Positions 49,301-63,489 of a DNA stretch of 64,000 nucleotides are shown here, piece by piece. Within the stretch, counting starts at the first letter, position 1; each line of letters starts with the position of its first letter. Location of the stretch: NCBI RefSeq assembly GCF_963853765.1, contig NC_088855.1, positions 24,118,001 to 24,182,000 on the forward strand, in the 5' to 3' direction. The notes beneath the pieces were generated by a model. That model was not told the DNA's origin. It was given only the letters and a program-made list of their open reading frames with translations, and ran no database searches. The DNA comes from Magallana gigas. Taxonomy: Eukaryota. The position numbers and the translations under genes were made by a program.

Positions 49301-52300
49301 GGGAGTTTCTAAATTATCATAAAACTTTCCTGAATATGTGCATGTATATGAACTATTTATCTTTCAAGATACATTTTTTTATTTCTTTCTTTAAAATCCC
49401 GTGATAAAGGTATATTTCTACATAAGGTGAGAATATGTTTTGATCATGTAATTTTTCCTTTAATTTCAGTGTAAACCAGGTCTCTGATTATCAGGATGAG
49501 ATAAAACCACTGAAGCCCCCTCCACTGCCCCCTTTCTATCAGGATGCAGGCTACAGTGGTAACCACCACGCCCATCCGCCACCCCCAGGAATAGAACCAG
49601 TGACCCTCCCTTCACGGCTTCAAACTGAGCCTCCGCCCCCTGGAACTGATGTGGAAGGTCAGATGCTGACCCACAGACAAACACAGCATGTTATGGACGA
49701 TTACCAAACTCAGGCACAGTCCAGGTATATTTCTTAGCTGTAATATTATACATGTAAAAGGAAATTTGCTTGTGTGTATTGTATATTTTGATACTTTTTG
49801 TGGTAAAACTTAAAAAAAAAATAATCGCTTCATTATTACATGTATTTATATATGAAGATTCATTTTATTTATACTTGATGATTAGATACCGAGTTTAGTC
49901 TTATAGTCTACTGGTACCATACAACTATGATATACATGTAAATTAACATGTGATATAGGTCATCTGATCAAGAGTATGTTTATAAGCAGCTCAGTTTGAC
50001 CTTTGTTGTGATGTATTTACAGAGCTTCTCCGGGCCCATTTGATCACATCGTTCCTCCTCCACCAGACATACAGCCAGTCATCGACAGAATGGCAATGTA
50101 TGTTGCCAAAAACGGCATCGAGTTTGAGATTGTGGTCAAGAGTAAGAACGATCCAAGGTTCCAGTTTCTCTTGCCACATCATGTCCATTTTCCTTACTAT
50201 GACTTCAAGAAGCAGATTCATATGAGGGTAAGATGTTTTTTTTGTATTTACATGATCTTTAAAATGCACAAAATTTTTATGAAAATTTTACAATGCATCA
50301 ATTTTTAGAATGAGTTTTCTTTTGACCTGGTATTTGTCACCTCTTTGTAGGAGGCAGCAAAAGATAGAGGAAGAGAGATGAGGGATGTCGAAAAGCCAAC
50401 AGCAAAACTGAGCTTCTCCATCAAACCTAAAGCTAAAGAGGAGAACAAACGTAAAGAGAAAAAGAAAAAGAAAGTGTTTGATAACGAAAGCAGTGAAAAT
50501 GATGGCAAGTGTATATTTAGTCAGATAGATTATCCTGTGATGTTTTAGCAGAACCTTACTCATCAGCATACATATGTGAAATACTGCATAGGATATGATT
50601 ATACATACACATCCATGTTTATTTAGTGTGCTTTCTATTTGACTCAGCTGACTCTGACAGAGAAAAGTCCAGTGCTTCAGGGACATCAACTCCAGTAGGG
50701 AGCGATTACACTGAAGAAAAACCAGAGAAACCGCAGGTCCCTCAAGAAGAGAGAGACAGGAAGATTGGTAGGCATGCATTACATTAGTTAATACACATGT
50801 ATGAACAAGAACTGCTACACTAAGTATGTTACACTTTACTTTAATGTTGTTGTTGACAATTAAATGTAGAGATGAGAATCATTGTTTTACAGCGGAGGAC
50901 AGGCTCCGAGACAAGATGGCTCATGCTGCCAGGGAGAAGCTGGCCCAGACCTCTCGTGAGAAACAGATGCAGGCTGAGAGGAAGAGGAAGGCAGCCATGT
51001 TCATCAACATGTTGAGATCGTGTAACCCAGGAGCTGCTGGGGACGAAGAAAAACTGGAAGAAGAATTCCTCAGTAAGAGTAGTCTCTGAATATTCTTAGA
51101 AACACCGAGATTAATAGAAAAAGAAATCATTTCATAGATCTTTAAAGATTTATGCTGTTTATGTTTGTGAATTTTTTAAATTTCTATTTGTACAATTTAT
51201 TTAAATTGTACTTGACAGATGCTAAAGATTCAGAGAAGTCCACTCCTGTCCCTACCCCTGGTTGTAGCCCATATTATGGTCCACTAGAAAAGGATAAATG
51301 TGAAGATGTCATTGCCAAAAAGCCAAAGAAATCAAAGCACAAGGACAGGTCAAAGAGATCAAGGTCACCACGGAGAAGGAGGAGGCAGAGTAGATCTCCC
51401 AGTCCAGTCCGAAAATTAAACAGGTATAATCTCTGCAGGTTATCTAAACTTTTAACCATTTCATCAGAGCCAGCTGATTATTTTACCGTAACTTTGATGA
51501 GTCAAGCAAGAAACCAAAGGATAGTTTGAAAAAACTTTATTCCTTCCTGTGGAAAATCATTCCCCAAATCTCAAATATTGTTAAGGTACAATGTACATAT
51601 ACCTGAATAAATTTTGATGAACTGTAACATTTTATTTCATTAAAGAACACTCTTTTTTTTATTAAATTAAAAAGATCTCATTCACCGAAGCGATCTCTAT
51701 CACCATCTCGCCGAAGGTCAAGGTCACCAGCTCGCCGTCGGTCAAGGTCGCCAGCTCACAGAGGAAGTGGACGAGACAGACATTCCAGTTCCAAAAAGTC
51801 CAAGAAAAGAAGAAGATCTAGGACATCATCAAGGTAGGTAGAGTTTTAAAAGATATCAAATATTGTATTTCATTTTGGTTTCTATATTCTTGTTTGTCTC
51901 GATGCATGAAGGAATATGATGATCTCCCTCGAGCAAAAAAAAATGAAGTTACACATTCCATGGAATGAAATAAAAGTACATGAACTTGAAACACTCTATT
52001 ACCAAGTGTGTGTCAGTAGTAGTAAGTGAGATGATATAAATGTATGTAATTTAATTTTGCCGTATTTTGCTATGTAGATCTCCAAAGCCCAAGTCAAACC
52101 CCGAGCAGCCAGTCAGTATAGACCTGACAGTGGATGATAGCCCTGAGCAGCCCAGTGTAATGAATGGAGACGAGTCATCTTACAGTTTATCACAGTATAA
52201 CTTAGAGCAGAATCAAAGGTTACTATTCTAAAGGAAAAACAAATTAATCTTTAGTTTCTCAGGCCAAAATATCAAAATATGAGCAACAGGCTGATTTATA

Positions 52301-53077
52301 ATTTTAATAGCAATATCTGCAAAGGAACTGAACAAATAAATGATATAACAAGTTATTCCCCTCTCAACATGGTAATAAAATTACAATATAAAATTCAACA
52401 TGATATGGCAGTGCCTGAGAAACTTAATATCAATTCTATAGGCCTTATGAAGCTAAATATTCACATTTTCTTGTACTTCAAATTGTTAAGATCCCATTAA
52501 ATTCCAATTTTCTTTGACAGTACAGTACTTTTCAAATTGATCAATTACAGGATGTATGATCAGAGAGAGCCATCTTCAGACAGGCTGACACCAAGCCTGG
52601 ATGCTGACGATAGCAACAGTAATGCCAGCGACTCCAGATCAGTGTCAAGTGTATGTATATAGATCTGCTTTTTTGTATAAAGGGCATATCCACAAATTGA
52701 GCTGAGATTGGAATAACTTGCAAATAGAAAAAAAATCTGCTTTAAATTTAATCTTTACAAGTAAATATAATTTATGTATGGAAAATACCTATGTTCAGTG
52801 TTGTAAACATTCAAAATTTAAAAATGGGAAAAAAAACCGAAAATTTTAAGCTCAAATTGTGACTGTCATATAAAGAACACAGAATCATTTCAGTTTATTG
52901 AGACAAACAAAATTTTCAAGTTAATAATTTTACATATAACTAAAAATTGTGTTCATTTGACTGAGAAAAATGTCTTCTGTTTATTTACAGTACATGAGAG
53001 AAAGAGTGCGCGCCATCATTAAAGCGAGTAGAAAAGCCATTATGGAGGAAGAAGGACCCTTGTACGATGACACGTGA
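46361..53077 (+). CDS. SFSWAP: Splicing factor, suppressor of white-apricot homologue (~845 aa, 16 exons)
   Basis: Exons 46361-46542, 47548-47708, 47830-47934, 48318-48385, 48546-48771, 49077-49266, 49470-49724, 50023-50227, 50351-50504, 50648-50767, 50893-51072, 51219-51423, 51675-51833, 52078-52218, 52551-52650, 52991-53077 give 2538 nt. Contains the DRY_EERY domain ([11 protein letters not shown]...LLIDRYD...EERY), two SURP domains, [10 protein letters not shown], an RS domain and a conserved VRAII.AS tail. Confidence 0.95.
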
Positions 53078-53553
53078 CATTGATAACCATTGTAGTTATT
53101 GACGACATGTGTACCAGTATAATAATTGAACAATGACACGTGACATTGAATACCAGTGTGATCAATGTTGAGGAGAACAATCTCAAAAATCTTGTACAGT
53201 ATCCTCTGAGCATATTTGAGACTGTGCACTTGTCTATCAAGAAAAAGAGGGCATTGTAAGAAAAACAATATGGACTTGAGAAAATATGTTGAGATAATCT
53301 GAAGTGCTTGAATCCCCTCCCAGTACTCTGGAGACTTTCTTTTTCAGCAGTGTATTTTGAGTAAATGCTCACTACATATATCAGGTGCAAAACAATTTTT
53401 TTTTTTTTTTATGTGGATGTTTTATCAAAATCCAAGAAAGAAATAATAAAAAATAATATCACTGAAAATGACTTTTTTCCTTGTAAACAAAGTTCTACAC
53501 AGAACATGTACATGTAGCTGGAATAAAATGCTACTCATGAGAGGGATATAATT

Positions 53554-54292
53554 ATACCCCCGCTCCAAAGGAGCTGTCTGTCCGTAACAAAAATTTCTGT
53601 CGCATTTATCTCAGCAACTATTTATTGCAGATGCTTGAAATTTTAACACAGTGTTTGTTAAGGCATGCCATATCGTGGGATATATTTTTGTACCAATCAG
53701 ACGTCAACTTCTTGTTAAATGACGACTTTGCTTATTTTTTAACCAAGATTTTCAAACAAATTTTCGTCAAAGATTTCTCAGCAACTTTTTATTGCAGATG
53801 CTTGAAATTTTTACACAATATTTGTATAGGCATGACATATCGTGGGATGTATTTTTGTACCAATTGGACGTCAACTTCCTGTTTAATGAGTACTTTGTTT
53901 ATTTTTAGCCAAAATTTTCAAACAAATTTTCGTCAAAGATTTCTCAGCAACTATTTATCGCAGATGCTTGAAATTTTAACAGTGTTTATTAAGGCATGCC
54001 ATATTGTGGGATATATTTTTGTACCAATTGGACTTCAACTTCCTGTTAAATGAGTACTTTCTTTTTTTAGCCAAAATTTTCAAACAAATTTTCCTCAAAG
54101 ATTTCTCAGCAGCTATTTATCGCAGATGCTTAAAATTTTAACACAATATTTGTTTAGGCATGCCATATTGTGGGATATATTTCTGTACCAATCGGATGCC
54201 AGCTTTCTGTTAAATGTCGACTTTGCTTATTTTGCATATTCACATCAGAGCGGGGGTATCACTAGTGAGCATTGGCTCACAGATATCTTGTT
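53554..54292 (+). mobile_element. Helentron-associated interspersed element (HINE) with ~4 copies of a ~165-bp satellite
   Basis: Subterminal inverted repeats ATACCCCCGCTC (53554-53565) / GAGCGGGGGTAT (54248-54259), a short GTCY tract after the left repeat, and a 3' stem-loop GTGAGC-ATTG-GCTCAC (54265-54280). Tandem unit periods are 167, 166 and 162 bp. It resembles the oyster Cg170-type satellite from memory. Confidence 0.85.
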
Positions 54293-54695
54293 CATGTATA
54301 CTTATATGATCTCACAAGTCTGACAATTTCTTCAAATCAGGTCTGTATTATACTGTAGTAAAGAAATGCAGCAATTTTTGTTTTTATTCCCTCTCTGTTG
54401 CAATTAAAAGCTTAAACTTTGCTAGAAAATCAATCTTTATTTTCTTGTTGATACAAATCATGGCAATCATCATTTTACAGCTTTAATCCACAAAATGTAT
54501 CCTGATTATATAATTGATCTTCATGTCAAATAAAGCATGTAATTAAGAAAAAAACAGCAACAAAACATTCACAACATAAGAGTTCATGGCTAGGTCAGGT
54601 CCTTTGATCTATCCACTTATTTTGGCACTCGGGGGTGGGGTTGTACAGTTAAATGTCCAAGCTTGTTGAGAGAGGCTTCCTTGAGGGTGGCCTGC

Positions 54696-55816
54696 CTAGA
54701 TATAGGGCTGCCAGCCTGGGAACAGTTTACAGAGATTTTTGGGGTCGCGAGCCTCCTGTATTAGGTTGTTGACTTGACCAGTCACGCTGAGTTGAACCCC
54801 CTCCTCGTATCCCTGCAACTTCTGCTGGAGTCGGAGAAGCACTCGCTCTGCAAGTTTGTTTACACTCTCCTGTGAATCTGTCAATAAAGTAAAATCGTCC
54901 TGTGTACATGCATTCAAGTTTTTTTGCAGGATATCCAATTTATTTGTGTTATTAATGGAAGACATTTTCAACATTTACTAGTAATCCCTCCATCCCAATT
55001 TTCTTTACCGGTAATATAACTCACTCTACTCGGTAGTAACAATTATTTCTGAAAAAGTAGACCCACCTTGAGCACTTGTATTGGCATTATCAATGTCCAT
55101 GGTGACATTAAGTTCGGATGTCTCGGTGTCCATGCGGTCCCTTCTGCCCTGGAGAGCTGCCGCTTTCTGTGGGGAGATGGTCCAGTTGTTGAGGGGGTCG
55201 TACAGTAGCACCTCCAGAATGGTCAGCAGTGCCTCCTGGTGATTATGCATCACTTCCATTGTTTTTTCACAGCACCTGTAGCAGCAAGGTCGTAAGTAAT
55301 TTAATGAGATTTGGATAACAATACGCTAAGGGGCCACATGGCTTACCTGAACAAAAATAGCCATAACTCAAATCAGCTTTATTTATGCCATCGAACACAA
55401 AATATCTTTAAAACTTGTAAAGATTTATAGAGAAGATCTTGTATGAAAAGATTTTGCCCCATTTGTTGTTTCTATTTTTGTGAGGAAGATTTTCAGAGAG
55501 TTTTCTCTTTTTATTCCTATGAAAATACTACCATTGTGGATTATAATTGGCCCTAATGTAAACAATGTGAAATTTTACAGATGGATGCTTAACAAAAAGT
55601 GACCTAAAAGGATCACTTCAGCTCAGGTGAGCTAAAACAATACATAGAAAAAAGAAATGTTACTCCAAAAGGATTCAAATTTTCATATGAATTTAAAGAC
55701 CTAACACAAAAAATTGATATTATTTCACACAGTTCTTTATATAATCAAAGTATTGATGTACTGAAAGCCAGGCTTTTTTGATGTGCATACTATGCAGGAT
55801 TATGACTGGCAATCTC

Positions 55817-55850
<34 letters not shown>

Positions 55851-58800
55851 CCCCCTTCTCTCTCTCTCTCTCTCTCTTATTCCAAAAATGCAGTTCTTAT
55901 CTTTAAAATATGTGTTTTTTCCAAAAATGCAGTACATGTACTTATCTTCAAAATAAGTACTGAACAAGAAAACAAATCAATTTCCTTGCTAAATTTATTT
56001 GAAAACAATCTTAAAAGATTTGACAAAAGTGAAATATCTCTCTGTGCGACTATTTGGTAACTTTGATGCCGTTTTGTTTTTTGTTTACTTTTTTAAACAA
56101 CAACTAAAAAGTTTGATACGGGGACTATTTTACTGAACCAGCAGTGCCTTAGACACAAATCATTAATTTTTTTGGTCTTACCAACTTTTGAAAGTTTATG
56201 AAAACTGCATAACCAAAACAACTGAATCTTTTCTATTTCTCATGGCAAAGCATTCAACAGTGTTATTAACTACAGTAAATGTGGTATAAATGTCATAAAA
56301 TTTACATGTACCTTCTAAATGTCCCTTCTACTCCGCTGACCCCCATTCCATCAATTACATCCCTTGTCAGCCGGAATGGAACAGTCTCTGGGGTGGGCAA
56401 GATTCTTCCTTGCTCAAAAGCAATTCCTATTGAACAAATATTGAGGACAATTTCATTTTTTAAATGTAACACATTTTAAACAGCATAATTCAATCTACAG
56501 GACTTTAGGCATCAGTTGAATAAAAGCATCTAACATACCCAAATCTATATGAACTAGTTCAGCCGTATTTGTGTCAATCAAAATGTTCTGTATATGTCGG
56601 TCTCCCAGGCCCAGAATGTATCCCACTGTAACAAAACAGATAACTATTACATGTATATACTGTACGGAGCAGTAATCACTGGTATAGTAATGTATCTCAT
56701 TAACATGATTTACTGTACCAATAGAAGTGGTGGATACACTCTTGGTGTAAGCCAGTCGACGTTCAAACCACACAGAGGGCTGTGAAAAATTCTCCATAAA
56801 GAAATATCTCATTACTGGCTGAAACTTAGAACAAACTTCCAGAAAGTTCTTAAGTTTGTCTTTTAATGGTTTTCGTGCTGTTTCCTGTAAATACAATGTA
56901 CATATAAGTGCAAGTTCAAAATACAGCAACATAAAACTAGTTATCATTCTGTCACCAGTTCATAGATTATACAATGTACTGTGGTAATGGAAAATTTCCA
57001 CTTGGATAGAAGTCTCTGTAGAGTGGTACTTACAACCATCTTGTCCCGACAGGCACGGGCTGTGATGTCCTGCGGTCTGAATCTTTTGTGGGCTCCCGAT
57101 GCTTCATCTTTTTCTCCAATGAGGTACATCCCAATAGGCAGTGTTCCCTCGCACCACTCCAGGACCCCACTACACTGGGACAATGGGATCACCTAAAGGG
57201 ACAAGTCATTCACAGTCTGTCACATGTAGCTGTATATAACCCACTACACTGGGACAATGGGATCACCTAAAGGGACAAGTCATACACAGTCTGTCACATG
57301 TAGCTGTATATAACCCACTACACTGGGACAATGGGATCACCTAAAGGGACAAGTCATACACAGTCTGTCACATGTAGCTGTATATAACCCACTACACTGG
57401 GACAATGGGATCACCTAAAGGGACAAGTCATACACAGTCTGTCACATGTAGCTGTACATGTAGATAACCCACTACACTGGGACAATGGGATCACTTATAG
57501 AGGATAAAATATAATATAATCATACCTTGTACTGTCTTACTGACAAATTTCTTTTCTTGGTGCCTGGATTTTTGTGAAGCAAGGTATTCAACATTTCAAA
57601 CACCTGTTGCATGATAGCGTCTTGTCGTAAATCATCTTTCCCCTATAAATCACAATAATAATTACCATAGTGTAAAATAAAATGAAATAATTTCATCAAA
57701 CTCTGTATCCATAAAAGAATTTCAATTGTCATGTGCAGGTACTTACTACATGTTCTATACAATATGCCATTGTTAGTGTACATGTACATGTATATTGTGT
57801 GACAGTACCTTCACCAGCTGCCTACGCTTCCTTCCATCTGATCCCAAACAGGTAAGAATTTTGGGCAAATTGATCCCTCCAGCCAGTTTAAATGTTGATT
57901 CAAATCCTTTTAGTGTCACAATGGATTTATAGTCTCCTGATGGGTCAATCTGCAAAGTCAAATACATACATGTTACAGAGCGCCATTTAGTATTATGTAT
58001 CTACATGTATACCTACATACTGAGGTAATCTGTTATGTTGATAGAATGTGATGGTAATGGAAAGTTGAACTACATGTACATGAAACTACTGGGTAGTAAC
58101 TTACTGGGAAATTGTCAGTAGGGACAGCAATGTTTTCTGTTTCCTTTAGCTGCATAATCCAAAGTCTTTTATCCAAATTTATAGGCTCTGTAAAATTGGA
58201 TTATGGTACACATTGATCAAAGTTAAACAAACCATACAGCATAAAAATATCTGGAATACATGTATGAATGAAAACATGTAGTCACCATTAAGATTGTGAA
58301 CATCTTGACGGGATCTGTGTTTAGAAATGAATACAAAAATGTACATGTATAAAGATACAAAGAAAATTTGTAAAGGACAGTTTTTGAAGAGGAAACACTA
58401 CTAGCAATTCCTACTTCATAAATTCTTTCTCCAGATGTATACTTTATCTAATGCCAGTAAATTTTGACATATTATCTGCGAATATTTTCTTCACACATCA
58501 TGTACTGTACTGTATGGAGATCATGAACTGTTTATGATGGACTCACTTGTCTCGTTCCTGAACTGAGACACGTTGTAGTTGGCCAGCTGTATGTAGGCAT
58601 CACACAGGGTCTCCATGTTGTTGACTAGGCCACTAATGCCGCGCTCCTTCTTCAGCTGATTAATCAGGGTCTTAGCCGCCTCTATCCTCCCCTGTTACAA
58701 AATGTAAAAGAAGGAAAAAATCTAGAACAGATCAACTATGATTGACATTTTTCTTTACTAGAATTTATACTGGTGTTATCTATGTTCCTCATATACAACT

Positions 58801-61800
58801 ATATGTATGCAAGACTACTGAAATTTATACTGATGTTATCTACCAGTATGTTCCTCATATTCATGTATACAGGGTGATAGATATGTGTACATTTGTTAAA
58901 ATCCAATCACAAAAATAGTCCACTCTATTGTTGTATCAACTACATTAAATCTGTTCGAAGCACAGAATGAAGCTCAGTCATTCATACAACTGAATGTTAA
59001 CTGACAGGTCTGGGAAGGTGACTGATTGGTACAGCTTCATCCTGTCAAGTTTACCACTACTCACAGTGTTATAAGATTCACTATCTACACTGACTCCAAC
59101 GGTTGACACACTGTATGTGACACCGGTCCACTGACCTCGTTTTCGGACTGGTTGCCCTGGCCACCCTTAGTGAGCCGACTTTTACTGGCTGTGCTCTTCC
59201 TTAACAGTTCTGAGTCTCGTTTGGCATTGGCCAAGGCAAAAATACAGAACAAGGCATGATGGGGATGATCTACAGCTGTCCGATGAATAATCTAAATTAT
59301 CCAGAATTAGAGTGTTGTGACTTATGAATTTACAAACTTGCAATATTATTTTAATAGTGTGCAAAAACTTTAAAAAATCATAGTATATTATACATGTACC
59401 ATCTGTCTACAAAATATGATAAAAAAATATTGCTTTGTCTTTCAAATCAAAACAGATGCAATATTTATTCTTATGCTTTATGTATTTGCTTGAATGTGAA
59501 TTATACTCCATAAATGCATAAATTTTGATATTTTCAATCCCAAGTTACTATATCTTTTTTTCTGTAATACAACATAGCCTGTAAGCCCCAGTCCAGTCCT
59601 TACCTTGGTCAGTGCTTTCTGTAGGGAGGGGGTTTGATCAGCAGGAGGATTGGTGTCCATTCTGGCACACAGTTGATAAATCAGGCTCAGGAATTTGTAC
59701 GACTTAATATTCTCTATATTTATCTGAAATGGGGAAAAAATGGTACAGATACCCGAACATGTATTTGATAATGTATCTTTTACTACATGTACATTCTCTG
59801 AATGATATTTTGCAAGACTTTTGGTTTTTTTTACCATAATTAATCCACTGATGTCAGCTGATGTGGGATTGCTGAACCATAGGGAGACGAGGCGGAATAG
59901 ACGGATGTCGTGTTTGTCTCCATGCTTGAGGCATTTGATGTAGTTCTGTACAGCCTGCGTCAGGTACCTTTCTCTGTCCTCCCCCATAGCATCCAGTTCA
60001 GACTGATCTATTTCACTCTGTTTACTGAGGGTTCTGAAATAACGACTGGAAGGCACAAATGGTTGTGGATTAGCAACAAAATAATTCAATGATTTCACCT
60101 AACAACAAAGAAATTCAACAATACTTCTGGGATTCCTATGAACTGTGCATGAAATAAAATTCAGAAAATGAAACATTACTCTTTATCCAGTTCCTCTTTT
60201 CCCAGCTGCTGCATTCGAATCATTTCTCTCTTGGCCTTCAACATGAGGTTTTGCTTGGCTTCAAATGTACTGGACTTCATGTAGTTGACAATATGCTGAT
60301 ACTGCCCATCAGCAAACCGTGCCAGAGAGAGATGGGCATCCAGGATTATGTCCCCTTCCTCCTCCAAGCTTTCCAACAGTGTGACTGTCTGAAGGTGAAC
60401 ACAATTGTCATCACTCAGGTATTTTACAGCTTGGCATGAGACACAGTCATGCATAATCATTTATAGTCTCAGCTTTTATATTTCTATAAACAATACATGT
60501 CAACTAGTTTTTTTATATTTAAAAAATGCATGTTAATTGGAATTTAGTGTTTTTATTTATGTTGTGACCTTAAATTTATATTAGAAAATTATGTTAGTCC
60601 CCAATATTGATGGTTCCTGTTACCTTTTCTAGATAGTCTTCCATAATGATGTTGGGGTTTTCTGAGTGAGTCTCTGCCAGCCAGTTTCCAAACATACTGA
60701 GCACTCTGGGGTAAAGCTTGGCTGCCTCAATGTTACTCTCCTGCTTCTAAATCACACAGAAAGATCAATAAGACAACAAATCTTATGTAGGCATTAAACA
60801 ACAGCCTGCATTCTACTCTATCATACATATACACTAATATAGTGTTTACCACCGACAATATGGGCGATTTGGATGTGTACAGAAACAAACTAATTTTGTA
60901 TTAACTCACTTGCTCCAACATTTTCAGCAGCTTTTTCATCATGTGTTTGGCAATATTTTGTTCTCCTCTAGCCCAGAAAAGGTTTGCTTCCTCAGTGAGT
61001 TTATCAACTTGCAGATTAAAGTCTGAGGTTTCCAAAGATTTTAACTTGCTCACAACTCTTTCTGCAACCTGAAATGTCACCAGTGAATTATTTCCATGCC
61101 GATACTTTTATACCATGTATTTTTTTTTCAATGAATATAAAAATAGCATAAACAATTGCATCTACATGTATACATGTATACAAGTTTCAACTTTATTTTT
61201 CTTCTAACATGTACAATAAATAGTAACTAGACATCATTGGGATGGTGATGGTGACCTACAGCCCACTCGTCTTTTTTTCTGAGAGTTCTACAGGGCTAAT
61301 TTTGTGGACCTCCATTTTGTATTAATAAAAGATTTGACATTGTGAAAAGGGAACAATGAATTGCATAGTTTGTTTTCGTTTTTGCCGTTTTTGAATATTA
61401 GATACTCTGCTTCAAGATCTCTGCACATCCTCTAACCAAATGCAGGCACTCCAGGTGATATCAATGTCCTGACTTTGCCAAAAGGGAGAGAAAATATGCC
61501 ATAAAAAAAGAATTTACGGGTTTATTAGAAAGGTTCGAGTCACAGCCCATCTTATATTGATAGACATTCTGTAGGTGAGCCTGAGTAGGTTAAAGGTTAG
61601 AAAATCTTCTCTAGACAAGGATTTTACCCCAAGAAGTTTTTTTTTACCTTGCACTTTGATCTAGGAAAGTTTTCAAGATCACTGCCTATTGTCATTATAT
61701 GGATGAAGTTTGAGCCAAACTTGACCAAAGGAAATGGAACTATGGTCAGAGCAAATGAAATAGGACAGAAAGATAGATAGGGAGACAGAATGACCAGTAT

Positions 61801-63489
61801 AAAGCACCTGAAGAGCAGGGCCCGTATTATCTTGAGAACATACCAGGTATCTGTTATTCTGCACTGCGAGTCTGGACAGTTCTAGAAGCTCCCTCTGCAT
61901 ACATGTCTGTACACTGTCAGTCTGATTGTGTAACACTTGTAGGACCGACACTCTAATGTTGTAGATGGGCTCTATATACTCAAAGTCATTGGAAAACAAC
62001 TTCTCCTGGGTCCATGCTTTCAAAATATCCTCTATAGATCTGGACTCAGAGCTACATGTAGAAAGATATATCTGAATGTTACTGGTAGTTTTGCTATTTC
62101 AGATTTGCTTTACTAGGAGCATGTATTAACTTTTAAAAAATCCTGACAAAGGAAAAACAAAGACTTTTTATCAAATGAAAAAAAACCCAGTTATAATGTT
62201 GATGTCTGTATTAACCTGGTGAGAGTGCTGAGTGCTTGTTCTATCTGGGAGACACACTTGAGATCTGATAGGATGGGGTACAGACATCGGCAACTCTCAA
62301 TGCTGGCCTCTTGTAATCTCCTGATGGCATCTTCTCTGTTAATGTATAAAGTCCAACCAAAGTAATCATTGGATCACTGATTTATCTTTATATGTACCTC
62401 TTATTCTTTGCAGACAAGGAATCTTTATCAAAAAGCTTAACTACAACTTTGGATATAAATTTTTAGAATTATGTTGATAAATGCTATCACACTGATAAAT
62501 TTTATTAGAGAAAAACATTTAAGTTTATATTCCCATTATTTATTCCCATTTGTTTGTTATTCACAATTTCTCAGAACTTTACACAATTTTGGAAGATAAT
62601 GTTGAATTTATTGCAGTGAACTTCTTACCTTGCAATGTCTAGAGAAGATGAAACAATAGAAAACTGGGAGTCCTTTAATGAATTCAAGGATCTGTACATG
62701 GCTTCACTGAATCTACATTCACTACCAGAGGGGCTACAAATACATAGATATAAGTTCATAAAAGATGAAATTATGTGCACATACATTTCAAAGTTGAATT
62801 TAAAAGATAAATCTTTTTATCCAATATGTACATGTACCTCTCTTCAATGGCCAGATCCCATTTTCCTACTTTTATAGCAGACATGAAGACAAGGTTCCTA
62901 ATTTCTCCTGTCTTTGACTTTGGATAATTTTCCAGGTAGTTGTCCAGTAAATGATGTGATCCAAAACTATCCAGTGCCTGTGTAAAAACAAAAACGGACC
63001 AGCTTAAGAATGATAAACAGAGTACTCCAATCACATTCGATCAGCCCTCTGATGGTGAATACAAGTAGACCCAGTAAACACCAACCTTGAGCAGGTCCAC
63101 TTCCTGTTCTGCTGCATGCTGCTGGAGTCCAATGTCATATGTAATGACAGCCTTCTCCCACTGACCCTCATGCTCATACATTCTTATTCTAAAACAAACA
63201 TTGAGATATAAACTAATATTGACTGTAATTTAAAGAGAAAAGGAAAGAGAGAAGAAGAAGAGATATATATAAAAACCTGGAGACTGGATCTGCCAGCCTT
63301 CCTGCTCCACATCCATACACTCCGTCTGGATCGCCGATCTGTCTGTAGGCCTCCAGAAGGATGTCCTGCACATTGAGGGACACTCCCTCACAGTCTGAGC
63401 TCAATGAGTCGACCTGAGAATCCTGTGTGAAGCTCTGGCTCACAGACTCATACAATCTAGAAGATCTCTTAGGAGTCTCCTCTTGTTGT
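54696..63489 (-). CDS. ATM: Serine/threonine kinase ATM, 3' part (FAT, PI3K-like kinase, FATC); 5' end lies beyond the window
   Basis: Many spliced exons carry [79 protein letters not shown] and the FATC end [31 protein letters not shown] (last exon 54877-54696). Confidence 0.97.
55815..55876. repeat. (CT)n microsatellite
   Basis: Imperfect CT run in an ATM intron. Confidence 0.9.
57166..57494. repeat. 74-bp tandem repeat (4 full units plus a partial) spanning an ATM intron/exon junction
   Basis: CAATGGGATC recurs at 57181, 57255, 57329, 57403 and 57483. Each unit contains the acceptor CCCTTTAG and the first ~27 nt of the exon VIPLSQCSG. Confidence 0.95.

Noticed and set aside
53625-54323. 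142-aa and 65-aa ORFs in the satellite element
   Set aside because: Translations of satellite monomers with no Rep/helicase or transposase motifs.
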